From contig CM022673.1 in NCBI GenBank assembly GCA_012295275.1, positions 9,858,001 to 9,922,000 of the forward strand: DNA of 64,000 nt, written 5' to 3'. A program made the position numbers and the translations under genes. Below the pieces are notes generated by a model. That model was not told the DNA's origin. It made no database searches and saw nothing but the letters and a program-made list of their open reading frames with translations. Of the stretch, positions 61,741 to 64,000 are shown piece by piece. Within the stretch, counting starts at the first letter, position 1. The number at the start of each line of letters is the position of its first letter. This stretch comes from Chrysomallon squamiferum. Lineage: Eukaryota > Animalia > Mollusca.

Positions 61741-61785
<45 letters not shown>

Positions 61786-62294
61786 TAAAATAATAATAAA
61801 ATTAAAATAACAAATTAAAAAAAATTAAAATATTTCCTTAGAAAATTGTCTCCCTTTATACGTTACTCTTTTTTATCATTACTTTTATTATCAGGATCGT
61901 CCTCCTCCTCATTATTAATATTATTATTAATTCCCTTTGTCTTTATTTTTTTATTCATGTTTGCGGTTTTGAACTCTGGGTAATTATTATCTCTACCCAT
62001 GACATTCAGCCAGCTAACTTCTTAAACATGTCTTAAACAAAGCTTCTACGAGTAATAAATGCATTTAAAAAAAGAAAATAATAATAAAAAAAAATAAATA
62101 ATGATAATAAATTTTTTTTAAAAAGCGAGACAAATCCAAATGTATAAACTTACCTCCATGGCCTTCTTGGCTTCACTTTCGTCAGAAGTGGCATGTCTAG
62201 AGAGAGAAAATATGAACATATTTGAAGAATAAATCTTTACATATTGTTCTAAAGATTCATAAGACATTTGAGAGTAATAAAGGTATACATATAA

Positions 62295-62374
<80 letters not shown>

Positions 62375-62652
62375 ACTGCATTAAGTATAAAACATTATTA
62401 AAAAATAAATATTTGTTTATAAATTGATTAGAACAAGATATTAAATATAAGCATTTTCTACATTTTTCAACACGAACGATCAAATATTTAAGCAAATCCA
62501 TTTCGAAAATAAGCAAAAAAAGCCAAGCTTTTACACACAGTGGTGTCATTCCTCGGTTTTACTGAATCTGAAACAATGGATTAATTAACAACTTAGATCT
62601 GGATTAAAAAAATGAACAAATTTTAACAAAGAAAATAAAATGAATACAAAAA

Positions 62653-62696
<44 letters not shown>

Positions 62697-63188
62697 ATTT
62701 CATTTATGATACCATATTTAAAAAAAGACAAATATTTTTAAACAAATCGTAACAATCCACGGCTTAATCTCGGCTTCATTCTAAAAAAGATTGTTTCAGT
62801 TATATTCAGCAATCTGTTTATTACAGATTATTCCAATTGGATATTTATTTATTTATTTAAAATTTTTAATTTTTATTTGTTTATTTGTTTGGTTGGTTTG
62901 CTGTTGGAGATGTATTTTCAATCTAACTTTATTTTTATCTTTTATTTGTTTCTCTTATTTTCACTAATTATATTTCGTTATTGTTAAATCTAAAGATTTA
63001 AATATAGTCATACACGTTTGTTGTGTAACGAGCTTGCAACGAAAATCTTAAAGATCAGTTTATATGCCAAGGGAGATTACTCTATTGTTCAACTCGTACG
63101 AAGTTTGGCTCATCGCAAGTTAAAGATAAAAATATGAAATTCTGCAAACTGCATACGATTTCTATTTTAAATACGTTTTTGATATCGG

Positions 63189-63222
<34 letters not shown>

Positions 63223-63243
63223 TTTTTTTGTTTGTCCTTTGGG

Positions 63244-63286
<43 letters not shown>

Positions 63287-63398
63287 TATTTATTTTTTAT
63301 ATATTTTTTTTTTTTAAATTAGGAAGGTTATGTTCTTTGGAAGACTGCACTCGTCTTTTGGTCTATAAGACATATTTGTTTATTTAAATTTTGTTCTC

Positions 63399-63433
<35 letters not shown>

Positions 63434-63711
63434 TAATCAGAGCACTACATACTGGTACAAACCCATATCCATTTTCCAAATTATAAATATTAAATAAATA
63501 CATATAAAAAAAAAAAAAAAAAAAAAAAAACATTTACCGATAAAACATCATCACACAAATAACTTTTAATTGTTCATACAGGACGCATGACGTGATAGGT
63601 GCGTTTACATGCGTATCATTATGAAGTATAAATATGTATACTTGAATATGATCAAGTCCACGTCTATGGTAAGTAATGGTAACTTACAAAGGGGCGTGGT
63701 GTTCCTCTCGC
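51051..63711 (-). CDS. TnT: Troponin T (invertebrate type), 5'-partial
   Basis: Exons 63711-63688 (probable), 62196-62154, 61726-61610, 61104-61018, 60537-60385 (…KKPNFVITKR…), 54759-54544 (KSKEQLEEEKRAILSQRIQPLSI…KYDLEQRFKRQQYD), 53699-53659 (MIELAERARQMNKG), 52091-52050, 51864-51828, 51248-51051 (PKIQLCSKYERHTDHRTYNERQTLF…*). E/K/R-rich helices and protostome TnT signature motifs; the start codon lies beyond the window. Confidence 0.93.
52865..53025 (+). mobile_element. tRNA-derived SINE-like fragment (second family)
   Basis: GC-rich island in a TnT intron with B-box GAGTTCGAATCGC and an upstream A-box-like segment, followed by a T-rich tail; no complete cloverleaf seen. Confidence 0.5.
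55740..56095. repeat. ~65-bp minisatellite, ~5.5 near-identical copies
   Basis: Unit AAAATACTATTA(T/G)AATTACAGCATGGAAGGCACACA(T)TACTGTTATGAATAAACCATGAAAAGTA, head-to-tail without spacers. Confidence 0.9.
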
Positions 63712-64000
63712 CTTTCAGCAATATAAAACACGTGATTAGTCGAGTTAGTACATTTAACAACATATTAAACGATTAGACATTAAAAATTTTCGTTTTAGTT
63801 ATAATAATTCAGAATCAAATACAACAGAGACAGGCTATAATATTGAATTATTGTTAGGTGAAACGAAGACAGTATACCCCTGTATTAACGACGTATTAAA
63901 TGATGTAATGAATTAATGTATATGAATTAATGCTTTTGTTAACACTAAACAGTGTTATTCATAAATATTCAAAATTGGGAAATTGATAAATAAATAAATA

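Overview
AT-rich, microsatellite-dense eukaryotic DNA with spliced genes, most likely from a mollusc (gastropod-like); this assignment is inferred from the Hv3-type channel and invertebrate troponin T. Most ORF-track entries are microsatellite artefacts. I assembled six multi-exon genes by hand from GT-AG junctions. (1) A + strand voltage-gated proton channel of the molluscan Hv3 type (S4 LPWRVVR), with a long S1-S2 loop containing a furin-like site and an apparent 1-nt frameshift just before S1. (2, 3) Two tandem - strand Ly6/uPAR (quiver/sleepless-like) GPI-anchored genes; no signal-peptide exon was found for the second. (4) A small secreted two-Sushi/CCP protein on the - strand. (5) TMEM117 on the + strand, with a ~163-aa acidic N-terminal extension. 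(6) Troponin T on the - strand, 5'-partial, with candidate micro-exons. Also present are Tigger/pogo-like MITEs, a hAT-like element nested in one of them, a mini Tc1-like MITE carrying telomeric repeats, tRNA-derived SINEs and minisatellites. There are no CRISPR arrays or prokaryotic features.
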